Positions 37,101-49,700 of a DNA stretch of 64,000 nucleotides are shown here, piece after piece. Source of the DNA: Camelus ferus (Eukaryota); assembly GCF_009834535.1 (NCBI RefSeq), contig NC_045697.1, positions 5,582,001 to 5,646,000 of the forward strand, in the 5' to 3' direction. Below the pieces are notes generated by a model that saw only the letters and a list, made by a program, of their open reading frames with translations, did not search any database and was not told where the DNA came from. A program made the position numbers and the translations under genes. The number at the start of each line of letters is the position of its first letter. Positions within the stretch are counted from its first letter, which is position 1.

Positions 37101-38634
37101 GGTCATTATCTAGCATATATTTGCTGTTTATCCACTAGAATGTGTACTTTATGAAAACAAAGACTCTGTGTGGTCTACCACTGACTCCTTAGGTTCTAGA
37201 ACAGTGTAGGGACATAGGTTCTCAATGAATGTTTCTTGAGTTAATGAATAAGTGTTAATCTACTGTGTCACTTAATTTTTTTTTTTTTAATGGAGGCACT
37301 GTGTCCCTTTGCTTTTCGTTCTGGAACTGGTTGATCTCTGTCTAGGACTCCTTCCAATTCTTCTATGTGGTCCTAACATGATTCCTTAATATTATACAGC
37401 ATATGTGTACCCTTAATCCAGTATCTGGAGTAAACATTGAATAAGTAGTAGCTTTTATTTTGTTATTAAGATTCAGTTCCTACCTCAGGGAGTGTACAGT
37501 ACAGTCAAGTGGAGAAGCAGACACATAAGCAGTATTAACAACTCAGGTCTAAGTGACAGCCATGACACTTGGCATTGATTCCTCAGGTCCTCCTTGGTTT
37601 TCTTCTGAGACGTAGTGTTGACTTTGTGTCCCTTTGTTTGGACCCAAAGGTTAAGCTGGGACCACCTGAATTATTATCCAGAGTAGCTGGAAATAGACTT
37701 CATCCAAGGATTGAGTATAATCCTACTTAAACTGGGTTTCAGTTGAGGGAACATGGTTCCAAAAAGCAGTATTCGGGCAAAAGGTGCCATGGGTCAGCGA
37801 GAAGCTGGAGATGGGGCCACGTAAGACAGGAATAGACCAGGAAACAATGTAGGTTTTGGATGCAGGCTTTAAACAGAATACGAGTTGAATCGTATAGATT
37901 TTTTAAAAATTAATGCAAATGAAATAAAGAGCAGCTTTGGCTGAGGCTGGGATTCAGGGGCTGGGAAGAGAGAGGTTCATTAGCCAGCCTGCCCCTCTAC
38001 CACCATTCCCCCTCCTCCTTGAGGAGCCCCTTTGGAACCAACCGTAGGGCTCAGAGAGACACAGTTTCTCACTGTGTTAATGTTCTCCAAGGCCCCCATT
38101 AACTTCATGATGTTACGTTTTTATGGGTCATAATAACTGAGTATATACTCTGAGCAGAACGCTGTGCTAGAGACTTTTTACAAGTAGTGAACCTTTGTGT
38201 GGACTGCAGTTCTGAATTTTCCCCAGAACTTGTGAAGACTGTAGCTTTTGAAATTATATTTATTCAATACTAATTGATTTATTCCATCATCCTATAAGCA
38301 TGGGACTCCTGATAGGTATCAGTCATTGTGAGGGCACAAAAAACATATGTGACATATGTCCTGGCTCTTCTGAAAATACAGATAAAGGATAACTAAAGCT
38401 CCTTGAGGGACAGTCAGTGGGAAAGCAAACTGGACCTTGAAGGATGAGGACCATTCTACCAGAGGAAGGGGCTGAATCACATTCCTGGCAGAGGGAGGAA
38501 CATAGGCCCAGATGTACAGCAGCAGGGTGTTGGGGGAGCAGAGGTCAGACTGTGGTGTCTGGAGTCCTTTTTTAGAGGAGGCGTGGGTGAGGGTCAGAGG
38601 GCAGGGGAAGAGGCTGCGCTGGGTTAGATTAGAG

Positions 38635-38832
38635 CAGGGGTCAGCCAACTTTGGCCCATAGGCCAAGTCCAGCCACTGCCAATTTTGGTAAATGGGGTTT
38701 ATTCTTTACACTTGTTTATATATAGGCTATGGATGCTTTTGTGCTATAGTGGCAGAGTTGTAGCTGGCAAAACCCTGCAAAATCTGAAATACTTCCTATT
38801 TGGCCCTTTAGAGAAAAAGTTTGCCAGACTTG
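38635..38832 (+). mobile_element. MER58A-like MITE within L2 remnants
   Basis: caggggtcagccaactttggccc...tggccctttagagaaaaagtttgcc. Confidence 0.75.
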
Positions 38833-41169
38833 GGTGAGAGCATTGTCAGCAGCGCTGAGGAGTTTGGACTTTATGCTCTGAGCTATGCAAGCAGAGGCAT
38901 GAAAAGATCATATTTGTGTTTTAAAATGATCAGCCACATTGCAGGTGGGTTTGAAGTGTAGTGAGACTGACACAGCAGAGCTCACTGAGAGGCTCTTGCA
39001 GTGACCCAGGTGGACACTGGTGAGTCAGTGACAGGAACGGGTGGATGAGGTAGACACCGAGGAGGTGGATTTTAAAAGTGTAGTGACTGGTGGGGTTGGA
39101 AAGAGGAAGAGGTGGAATAATCCCCAGCTTTCTGGTTGGGAAGTTGAGTAGTGACAGATACCACAGCAACTTTTTTTTTTTAAGTTAGAGTAGAATGCCA
39201 ACTGCTCGTGCCTTCACTTCCTCAGTTCTGAACAGTGGAGAATAGATCCAAGGAGCCCAGCAGACTTCGGAGTTGTATTAAGACAACATGTGGTGGTGAC
39301 TCCCCAGCGGCAGTGCTTCTGGGTAAGCCTGGATTGGAGAGCGTAGCTGGAGCCTGGGGGTTCCTCTCGCTTTGTCACATTTAGATCTTGGAGGTGGTTG
39401 AGTGTTTAAGATAGACGCTAGAACATCTGCCCAGCCAACCGTTTGGAGATTTTAGACCTGCCTCACAAATGCAGCAAATGCTGGGTTGGGAGAGACAAGG
39501 CAGGTCACCCTCAGCAGACTGCAGATGGGCATAGAGTCGCAGGGCCCATCTAGATGCAGGTTCTTATGCAGAGTTTGTGCTCACTTGTGCTTTCTTTATT
39601 CTTGAAAGAAACTCATCTTGGTGGTAATGATTGTATCATAACTCATAGAAGCGTGGTTCTCAGGGATAGTCAATTGACTTTCTCCTTTGTCCTAAGAAAA
39701 ATCTGGAATGGGTCAAAGAGTTCTCCCCTTCCTTAGTTTCTAGTTGGCAGGTAGCCAGCAGTTCAGTGTATCACCTACAAGGACAGGGCTGCCAAAACAG
39801 GTCTCTCAGGGTGACTTTTTAAGGAATTCTTCCTGTCCAGGGTCTGATTCTGTCCTGCAGGCTTGAGAAACAGATTTGTCAGCGTACCAAGGATAGAACC
39901 ATTGATCAGGACAGATATCACTTGAGCTCACGTCAACTTGTGTAAAAGTCAGAATACCAAATTGTTCATTTACTTTGAGTACTATAATTAACACTCAGGA
40001 GGATCCAAATATTAGAAAGTCAATTATTTTTGAGCTTCTGCTGTAGGTTGGGAACTCTGTTAAGGGTTTTACGTACCTGATCTCATTCAATTTTTCTCTA
40101 TTGATGGGAATAAAAATATAATTATTATCAAATGATTTTACAATATTGATCATATTATGAATAATATTCTAGAATTCATACAAATTTGATGTTTGAGGTT
40201 TCTTGTTACATGGAAATCTATATGGGCTCCCTCTGGTGGGCAAAGCGTCGGTAAAGTCTACAGTGGTTAATTGTGGCTTGTGTTATGAAAAACTTATTGT
40301 TTCAAACACACTAGGTTTAAAATTGACTTAAAAAGAGGCCCCTGCAGAACCCCGGTAAAAGAGAGGGAATAAACGAGAGGAATGAAAGTCTGATGTGTTG
40401 AATGGACTCCTGTAACTCGGCTATGAACAGTTGTAACTTTAAACTCAGTAGTACTTTTTTATTCCTGACTTTCAGGTCCTCAAGGTCTGTAAATACAAGA
40501 ATTCGCCTGCTCTTGCTTGTCACAGTCTAACATATGCCTATTTGTCAAAACTTTCTTGTGGCGCTCATGAGCTCTGTTTAACCCAGAGAAGTGAGTCTTT
40601 TCATTTCACAGTATTGTGCACATTCCTGTTCACTTTCTAGACAGATGATAAGAAAACCCTGGTAAAATCAACATTTGTCTTTTATAGTCTAAGTAGAAAT
40701 GGCAGACTGCAGCCTATCTTAACTCAGAGAAATTGAGAAAGGAATTAAAAAGCATAAGTTTTGAATTATAAACACTTTTGGACTTTGCCAGTAATTATGT
40801 GATCTTGGAGAACTCACCTACTTCTTTTTTGGTTTGGTTTTTGTTTCCTTATTTTTCATCTTTCTTGTTTGTTTAATGAGGGGCTTTGACTAGATAGTTG
40901 TTAAGGACCTTTCCAACAGGATGGCTCCAGGATTCAGTACTCTTCTTGCACAAAGTCACAGGATGTATTTTTAAATGCTTTTTGTGATGATAACTGTCCA
41001 ATGCCTTGTAATATTTCCCCGCTGAGTGCCCGTATACTCAGAATATTTCGCCTAGATTAAAAAATGAGTTTGTTTTTCAAAGTCGCTTGGTATGTTTCCA
41101 CAAATGTATTTGATTTAGTAGTGATTATATACTCTTATAATGGGTGGTTATCAGCAGGACATGTTTTTT

Positions 41170-43010
41170 AAGTTGACTAATTTAAAAATCTGATTATAAA
41201 AATAGTGCTCATTAAGCAGAATAAAAAAGAAAGTAAAGTTCACTAGTACTACTGGCCAGAAATACCCACTGCTTTAATTTTGGGGTATATTTTTCCAGAC
41301 ATTTTTCCTATTAAACAAAAACAAAATTTTTCTACAATGCTGCTTTGTAGCCCCTCTATTCCTGTCTTGTCTTGCCTTTTTTACTTAACATATTGTGAAC
41401 GTTTTTCTATGTCAGTATATATTGTTCTTGTCACTGATTAAAATAATCAGTGACATTAAAAATGTCACTGCATAGCCATTAAAAATAATATCACATAATT
41501 TATTTACCTGAACCTTTATTGAAAGATATTTAAGCTGCTTACATTTTTACTAGATTTGTTTCAAATTTATAATCTCTTTAAGATAAAAGGCAAACTATAT
41601 ATAAATTCACTTTACTTGTTTTCTGTGTAATTTTTCCTCAGATACAAAAAACTGGATGCCCTATTCGATAAAAAGAAAATTACCTCTAATTTTAGGGAAA
41701 GTATAAAATGTATTGGAACTTATTTCAGTGCTGGAGGAGTATAGAAAAGGGGTAGGTGAAAGGAGCAGGCTAGCCAGGAAAACTTTTATGTGGGAGCAGA
41801 GCGTTGAAGAGCAAGTAGAGTTGGGTTGGGGTGGAGCCTAAGCATGTGCATTTCAGTGACAGTGAGGAGACTGGCTGACGAGGCCGCTGGGTTCTTCTTA
41901 GTCAGCAGCGTGGAACACACTTGGGGAGGAGCTTATGGCCTGGAGGTTACAGAAGGCCTTTGGAGATTTTGTACAAAATAAATGTACAAAAATCAATCGC
42001 CATCCAAGTCTAATTAATGACCACTTAAAATAGAATGAAACCATTTACAGAAATAACAGAAAGCATTTCTAGAAGTGACCTTAGTAAGAAATGTAAATGC
42101 CCCGCTTGAAGTCATTTACTACTAAATTAGTTTGTAGATTTAGTGCAGCTTTAATCAAAATTCCAACAGAAAGTAGTTCTAAAATTCATCTAGAAAGTAG
42201 TTCTCAAATTCAGCTGGAAAAGAATGATGTGTGAAAATAGCTGATTTTTGAAGAAGAGTGGAAGGGTGTGTGTTGGGGTGGGTTTACTCACCTTACCAAA
42301 TATTAAAACATTTTAAAGCCAGAAAATAATACATGCACACATGGATCAATCAGGGAAGCCTGTTAGGCCAGGGGTGTGTGTGTGTAACTTTTAATGAGAG
42401 GCATTGTCAATCAGTAAGAAAAAGAAAGTTTATTCAGTGATTTGGGGATAATTGGTTAGCACTTTGAAAAAGGAAAGGTTATTTTTAGGTTCTCATCTCT
42501 TACTGTACACAGATTAAAGTAAATTTCCACATAGACTAAAGATTTCATTGTGGAAGCAAAACTGAAGAAAATGAAAATGGAGTGAATATTGACTTGTCTT
42601 CTAGAAGTGGGAGGACTTTCTGAATTTAAAAATTAGCAGCAGTGGTCTTAATGATGGTGTCGATTTTGACGATGATCATCCTGGCAGCTGTCACTAGTAC
42701 TTTACGTAGAGACACGATAGCGTTATTCCCAGGTACAGGGAAATTACTAGGTTAATAGGGCATACTGAAGAGTTTGTCATGATGTGAGGATTGCTCACAT
42801 TCTCATGTTAGGTTAAAAAATTACTACCAAACCAGATACAGTTAAAACTATGTATGCAGAGCCAACCAACTCTAGGCATGGAAATAATGAGTAGAAGGGA
42901 ATACACCAGGATGTTAACAGTGGCTCTTTCTGGGTGATGGGACTATGGTGATTTATTTTTCTGCTTCTGTCTTCCTGAATTTCTTTAATGAGCACATACT
43001 ACTCTTGAAA
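41170..43010. mobile_element. Very old L1ME-like fragments (minus ~41170-41560, plus ~41960-43010)
   Basis: ttttttacttaacatattgtgaacgtttttctatgtca; ttaatcaaaattccaacag; accaggatgttaacagtggctctttctgggtgatgggactatgg. Confidence 0.55.
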
Positions 43011-44814
43011 TGTAAAACAAAACAGAACAAGTAAAAACTCCAGGCAGAGGAGTTTTTATTTGCTGCAGAAGGAAATGGAGAAGAATTAGCATCTTTTGAT
43101 TGGAAAGATGTCATGAAAATCCGTATCTAATTACATATTAAATGCACAGCAGAGGGGGTCCCTGTTTAAAGGAAGTCTGCGGTAAATCTTTTGTAAAGGG
43201 AGTCGTTTTCTTGTAACTCGGCTGGATTTCCAGTTCAGACTTCCTTAACCTGTACAAGAAAATCATCCACAATGTTTTATTGATGTCTTCGCTTTCTGGT
43301 TGTCATTCTGCAAAGTAATAAAGGATAATAATAGCTACCACTTGCTGAGCACCTACTCTGCCTGGCCCTGCGCTCAAAGCTTTGTCATTTAGTTGACTGT
43401 CCTTGAAAGTTAGGTTCCTTTACTCATGAGGAAACTGAGGTTCAGCAGGTTAAGTGCCCTGCCCAGGACGATGTCACATTGACGAGCTTGCGCTGTGTTC
43501 CTCCAATCGATCGCCTGCCACCTCCCCTGGCTCCCTGCGTGCATGGTCAGATCCCCGGTGCTTTTCTCCTTGGCATGTTGTCTTTAGGAGCATATTTTGC
43601 TGCATACATCACAGGTATTTGAAGGGGCCTGACTAGCTTTTGGGGAAATAAGCTGCCTCCAAATCAAACTGTTTTTAAAATCAACAGTTACCTAGTGGCC
43701 ATGTATTTCTTATGGGTAGTGTTGAGGAGCGTTTTTGGGAAAAGGGAAAAAGGTTTGTGGTTTTAGTTAGTAAAATCATTGAGAAGGAAGGAGATGCAGT
43801 TTCTACATTATATATTTGAAAAAAGTCTAATTCCCTTTTCTGTTGTTGGGACACTACTTTGCTGTTTGTTTATCTGTGCATTCAGCAGTCAGTCCCACGC
43901 AGGACTCTGGAGCTGAGAGGGCTTTTCACAATTGCACAAGTGAGGCAAGGGGCCAAGCCTTTAAAACCATTGCATTGGTCAGCCGGTGGATGAGGGCTTG
44001 CTTCAGGGACGAGGCATAGAGTTGGGTGAGGCAGCTTCTTTCTGCTGAGGACAGTGCCTTGAGAGAGGAGACCCAGCTGTGAGCTGTCAGCAGACAGTTC
44101 TTCTGGGAGCTGGGAGAATGAGTGCCTTCATCCTGAAGGCACAGCTCTGCCACACTACCTGTTAGGTTTGTTTTGAGGACCGAGTGCGATATTTTATGTA
44201 AAGCTGCCGGTGTTGTATCTGGCACATTAGAGATAGTCATTAAATGGCAACTTTGTTATCAGCTTGTATTTATTGACTATCCCATAAGCAAAGGAAGGCG
44301 CTTTGGGATGGAAAGATGAATGAGACTTTCATCGTGACATTGATATGTTAACACCCTAGAAGAGGGCTTTCATCAGTTCAGTAAGTATTTATCGAGCATC
44401 TTCTGTAGGCTCTGTGCTGTGTATGATGCCAGGGATGGAGCGAAGGTGAGACAGACAAAACCCTGCTGTTGTGGAGCTTGCATTCTAATGGGACACTTAC
44501 GGCAAACAAGAAAACAGATAAAAAGGATACTTACGTCAGGTAGTGATAAGTAAGTTCATAAGACATACTCATAAGGAGTTATAGAAATCTTCGAAAGAGC
44601 AACTTTGAGAATTAAGAGAACAGAGAGGTTACTTCTGGGTGAGGTTGGGGGGAGACTTCATGGAAGAGGTGACACTGAGGTGGGCCTCAGAGATATGGAG
44701 AGAGGAGAAGCGGGACAGGAGCACATGACAAAGCTCCGAGAGCGGGGAGGCACAGGATGGAGGAATCTGCAGAAAGTTCAGTTTAACTGGAAGGAGTGAG
44801 AAGCAGGAGGTGGT

Positions 44815-45240
44815 GGGGTGAGCCAGTGTTGTCTCTTGGTCCCCCTGGACCCACTCTCTGTCCTTTCCACTCTGCTCCTGCCCCAGGAGGCTGATCTTTC
44901 TGGGGTGCCTGGCTAGGTTTCCTTGCTCTCTGGCTTCTGATTGGGTGCAGCCAGTGGGAGACACCAGCAGGCGACTGGAAGGCTGGAGGAGGGAGGGGTT
45001 GGTGTGGGAACTGGGGAAAGGCTTTGCGCCCACAGTCCGTTACTCAGATTAGCTGTCTGCCCAGCAGCCCTAGAGTTTTTCCTCTGGGCATGTCTAGCAT
45101 CCCATGGGTTAGAACGGGTTTAGCCAATAGGCTGACCCCAGCCAGCAGCAGACATTGCAGCCCCACTCAGGAGTGACCCTGAAAGATAGTGACAAAGGGA
45201 GTTCCTCTTCATGAACCGAATTATGGACAATTCATCTTTG
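44815..45240. mobile_element. ERVL LTR fragment (LTR16/33-like) abutting an ERVL pol RNase H remnant
   Basis: ggcttctgattgggtgcagccagtgggagacaccagcagg; 45152-45238 (+) translates TLQPHSGVTLKDSDKGSSSS*TELWTIHL, resembling ERVL ALQP-SG--LKDSGEGKSSQWAELRAVHL. Confidence 0.65.
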
Positions 45241-47639
45241 CCTTTTTATTTAAGATGGTTTTTAAAGGCAATGTATGTCTCTCTCTCTCCCTCAAAACTG
45301 CAATAAGGAAAAGTCAAGAATTTTAGGCTCAAGCAGATTTTCTTAGTGATGTGGCAGTTCATACTTTTCTTCCAAGTATGCTCTGAAAGGTTAGAGGTGG
45401 TAAATGGCTCTTGTGGTATTTTGACTATAAATCTGAACTGGAATGGAATCTGTAACCCATTATCAGATTCTGAATCAAGCCGCCTTGTCTTTCTCCTGTT
45501 CTGTTTCAGTGAAAATGTGTGTTTTTATTCTGTCAATGGACAGTTTACATTCCTAATATACCTAATATTAAAAGGGAATTATATAATGAATACTTGATGT
45601 GAAAGGGACTAGTTAAATACTTCACCTCCAAAGGAGTCCATTAAAGTAATAAGGAAATTACATTTAATTTTAAATGGTAGAAAGATTTTTTAATGTTATT
45701 GCTATTAAGCATGTATTACACACACTCAGCCCATTTTTGCAAATGAATTCCCAAAGCACAATTCACCGTTATACAGGTGGAGAGGAAAAATTCTTGCAAA
45801 ATACAGTTAGCTGTCGTCTTCTTAACTGTGGAGAGAGGCGTACTTTTCCAAAGAATAGAATGTGATGGTTGATTGGAAACTTTTGGAGTTACAGGCTTTT
45901 AGCCGTACCTCTTGAAATAAGAAAATAGATATAAATGGGTCCCCAGATGAAGGCGTGGTGGGGTACTTTATAGTCCTAATTGACTCCAGACATAGAGGCC
46001 ATGATTTGTAAGCAAGCAATGACAAGAGGAAGTTAAATCAAAATTAAATTAAGGGAAGGAGGAAAAAAAAAAAGAGATATCAAGGAGAGGTGATGAATTT
46101 TCTGAAGGCTTCTAAATACTTATCTGTGGGTAAGTGGGAAATCTGTGAATATATCTCAGTATGTCAAAGGATGAAATCTGGAAACATTTCAGTCCTAAAA
46201 AAGACCTTTTTTTCTGAAAGTCTTTTTTTGTGTTCATTACTTGGTACACTTCAGTCAGCACAGGCATATTTGCTTCTATACTTTTCCATGACTCAACTGG
46301 CAGTAAAAAAAATCAACATCTCCCATGATACACATGAGGTGATATTTTGGGAGGATTGGTTTTTCTGTCTATATTTTGACATTTTATTGTTGTTCAGCTC
46401 ATGTAAATAAAACTCTGGGAATCAGAGCCTACTGGACGCTCATCCGCACTGACCACCATCTTTGCAGTTGTCTCAGTCAGTTTCCCTTTTGCTGGCCTCC
46501 CCTGTCCAGTGAATTTTCAGGCCCAAGCGGACAGGGGCCTTGTCCCTCTCCCCGTCCCAGCACAGAGCACAGTGCAGAGCTCAATGTATATTTGCGAAAT
46601 TAATTCTTGCCTTGTGCTTCCTCTCTTTCTCAACCAGCCCGCTGCTCCCGTGTGGGCTCCTGCCCTCACCATTTTGAGCCTAAGCTGATGCAACAGCACT
46701 GAGCGCTCCCCATCCTCCGCCCCTCTCAGAGCCAAGCCACTGTGCAGAAAATGCTGTTTTCATTATGTTACTTTGCTCAGAAGTGTTCAATACTGCTCAT
46801 TTCTCACACAATGAATTCTGTTATTTGGACGGTGTTCAAAGGTCTTTATAAAACTAGCTCTACCCACTCTTCCAGTTTTACATCCCACACTTGCCTGAAT
46901 CATCCCACCAGCTTTAACCAAGCTGCTCTGTTCACGGACTCCTCTGCTTTCTTGTCTCCTTGCTTGGCTCCTGCTAGATCTCTTGCCTGGACGGCTCGCT
47001 CCCCTTCACTTACTCATAGTCTGCCCATCTTTAAAGGCATGTTCTACCCTATACTAATCTCTCTCTTCTGAATTCAAAGCATTTGCTGCCTGTATTACTC
47101 GTTAAGCCAAGAACTATGCGTGGCTTACGACAGCCTTTGCATTATTGTTTGGTGGTGTTATTGTTATTTTTGGAGATCTAATTGGCTTTATTCAGTGATT
47201 GGTGAATCAGGCAGTATCCCACCTAGTAAGGAGAGAGGCACTCGCGTGTTTAATGATTGCATTGTTGCTGAACTTTCCAGGTGCTGTCGTGTTGGCTCCC
47301 AGACTACGCTGTTTACTTTTGAGCATGGGGGATGGCAAAGGGGAGGGTAAGACTCTGACAGGATGCTTCTGAATATTTCCCTCGGTGGCTTTTGTAACTA
47401 GTACCGCAGCTGTTAGACAGGACCCTCACCACGTCTTAATCATTTTTGCGTTCCCAGTACCTAGCACCGCGCCTGGCCGATAGTACGGATTCAGTACATG
47501 GTATGTGACTAAAAGAATAGAAGGCATTCTCAAATACTTGTATCCTAGTTTGACCCAAAGCTGAAAGAATCAACATGGGTGATTTTCTATCTTCTAAATG
47601 CCATAAAAATCCAGTTTTTCATTTAGCTTTTTTCACCAT

Positions 47640-47850
47640 TAACAGTTCTCCCTCAAGCACTTCTCCCTTCTGCCTGCCTTCAGCCTCGTACTGAAATGTA
47701 AATCAGTTTCCTTTAATTCTTTTCCCTGTGAAATTGGAGAACAGCTGTTTAGTCACCTCCTTATAAATAACCCTTCAACAAGTTAAATTGCCTCTAGGAC
47801 TTGCTTTCTCCAGATTAAATTATCTCAAAGCCTTTTCTTTTTCTCATAAA
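47640..47850 (-). mobile_element. L3/CR1 remnant
   Basis: tggagaacagctg...tcctt..aaataacccttc...ttctccagattaaat, similar to 24520-24615. Confidence 0.5.
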
Positions 47851-48152
47851 GGCCTTTGCAGAAAGAAGCATTTGTTATTTTTTTATTTCTTTTTCTAGCT
47901 CTTTATAAGGCTTTATTCTTCTCACGAAGGTACCATAGGAGGGCCCTGTGAGGGCCTGGTTCATGCTGTCTGGAGAGGAAGGCATCTTGAACCTCCTCTT
48001 ATTTGTGTCTTGGAATATCCTGTTGACATTTTTCCCCGTTGCCTATCAGATTTAACTTGTGGTCTACTCTGCTCTCTCCTTGTTTTGTTTCCTTTTCCTG
48101 TGCACTTCTTCAAATGCGTAACTTGATTTTCTTCCCACAGACACTAACTTGC

Positions 48153-48692
48153 TGTATCAGGAGTCTTAAGATTACAAGTTACAGAGAACCCAATGCAAAT
48201 TAGCTTAAAATGTCTAAGGGAATTTATTGATTTATATCACTGAGAAGTCTAGTGATACGACTTGACCTCTGGCATGGCTGGACCCAGGGGGACAAAACTG
48301 TTAGCAAAGGCCTTTCTTCTCACTCCCTCTGTTCTGCCTTTGTGGGATTAGCATCTCCCGAAAGGCACCGCTGAGCTCTTGCTTTGCGGTAGCTCTCGAG
48401 CTGCAGCACCTGCAGCCCTTGCTTGCCATTCTGCCCCATCCTGAGTAGGAGAGACGCCCTTTCCTCGGAGCACCCCCAGAATCTTGGAATGAGTCAGGTG
48501 CCTATCCTTCAGCCCGTGTCCAGAGGGAAAGGAGGTACTACATAGCTTGGCCGGCTGAGGACCCCGCTCTGCAGCTGGGGCAGTGTCACCTGCACCCAGG
48601 ACACATCGCTGAGAATAGAGGAGGAGTGATTTCCAAAGGAAATGTGGGGAGCTGCTCCCTGGAGGAGGGCACTGGATGTGGGTGTCCACTGC
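48153..48692 (-). mobile_element. MLT1J/K-like MaLR LTR
   Basis: ttacaagttacagagaacccaatgcaaattagctt...gggaatttattg...ggcatggctggacccagggg...ccaaaggaaa. Confidence 0.6.
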
Positions 48693-48784
48693 GCTCCGAG
48701 TCGTGCTTCTCCACTCTGCCTTAGGCAGATTATTAATGCTGCTTTGAACTGGAGGTGTCTCTGAGAGTGAAGTCTTAACTCCCT

Positions 48785-49700
48785 CACTCTTTATTGAACA
48801 TCCAGTGTGCCAGGCATGCAGCTAGGTATTGGGTGTACAAACGTGAGCGAGGCAATCCCTGACTAGGAGAAACGCATAGTCCAGTGAAAAGACAGACCAA
48901 CAGGCAGATAATTAAAGCATGTTGTGATAAGTGCTGCTCTCAGAGTATATGTGGACACGGAGGTAGAAGTGAAGAACCCAGTTGGGGGGGGCTTGAAGCG
49001 GGGAGGGCTTCACAGGAGAGGTGCGTTTTGAGCTAAGCCTTGACGGGTAAATGAGATTTCCCTAGCATGGGGAAAGAAGGGCATTGTCCTGAAGGCCATG
49101 GTGACCCATGAAACGTTTTCAGTGGGGGACTGGCAGGATCAGGTATGGATTTTAGAAAGATCATTCTGCCAGCCATTGGTAGATTGGTAGTGGAGGTGAG
49201 GACTAGCAACAAGGAGGGGGAGCCATTGACTGTTGCAGCAATCAGGTCCAAACAAGCCCCAGTGAAGGCCTGAACTAAGCCAGTGAGTATAGGGACAGAG
49301 GACAGTTTTCAGAGAGATTATTAGGATTTAGGACCCGTTAGATACAGGAGATGAAAATCAGTGGTTCTAGATGACTTCGAGATTTCAGTTGTGGGTGCCT
49401 GGATGAGTTCAGTTTTGTGGTTATTTGAGGTGCCTGCTGAACACACGCCCAAGGGAACATGTTTATCAGGCAGCAGTAAATATGGAAATGGACCTCAGGG
49501 AAGGTTTCTGAGCCCAGAGACTTAGACTGGGAGACATCAGAGTATAGGTGGAGGTTGAAACCTTGAGGAGAGAGTGAGGTTACCCGAGAGGAATTTCAAA
49601 TGAGAAGAAAAGAGGCCCTCAAAGTGGGGAATGGCAACATTTGAGAGACTGATAGAGGAGAAGGAGTCAGAGAAGGAGGCTGCAGAGAAGGTAGGCATAT
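48785..49700 (-). mobile_element. L2 LINE remnant (further L2/MIR remnants are scattered through the window)
   Basis: tttattgaacatccagtgtgccaggca, gatttagaaaga-type tcattctg, tttgaggtgcctg. Confidence 0.6.
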
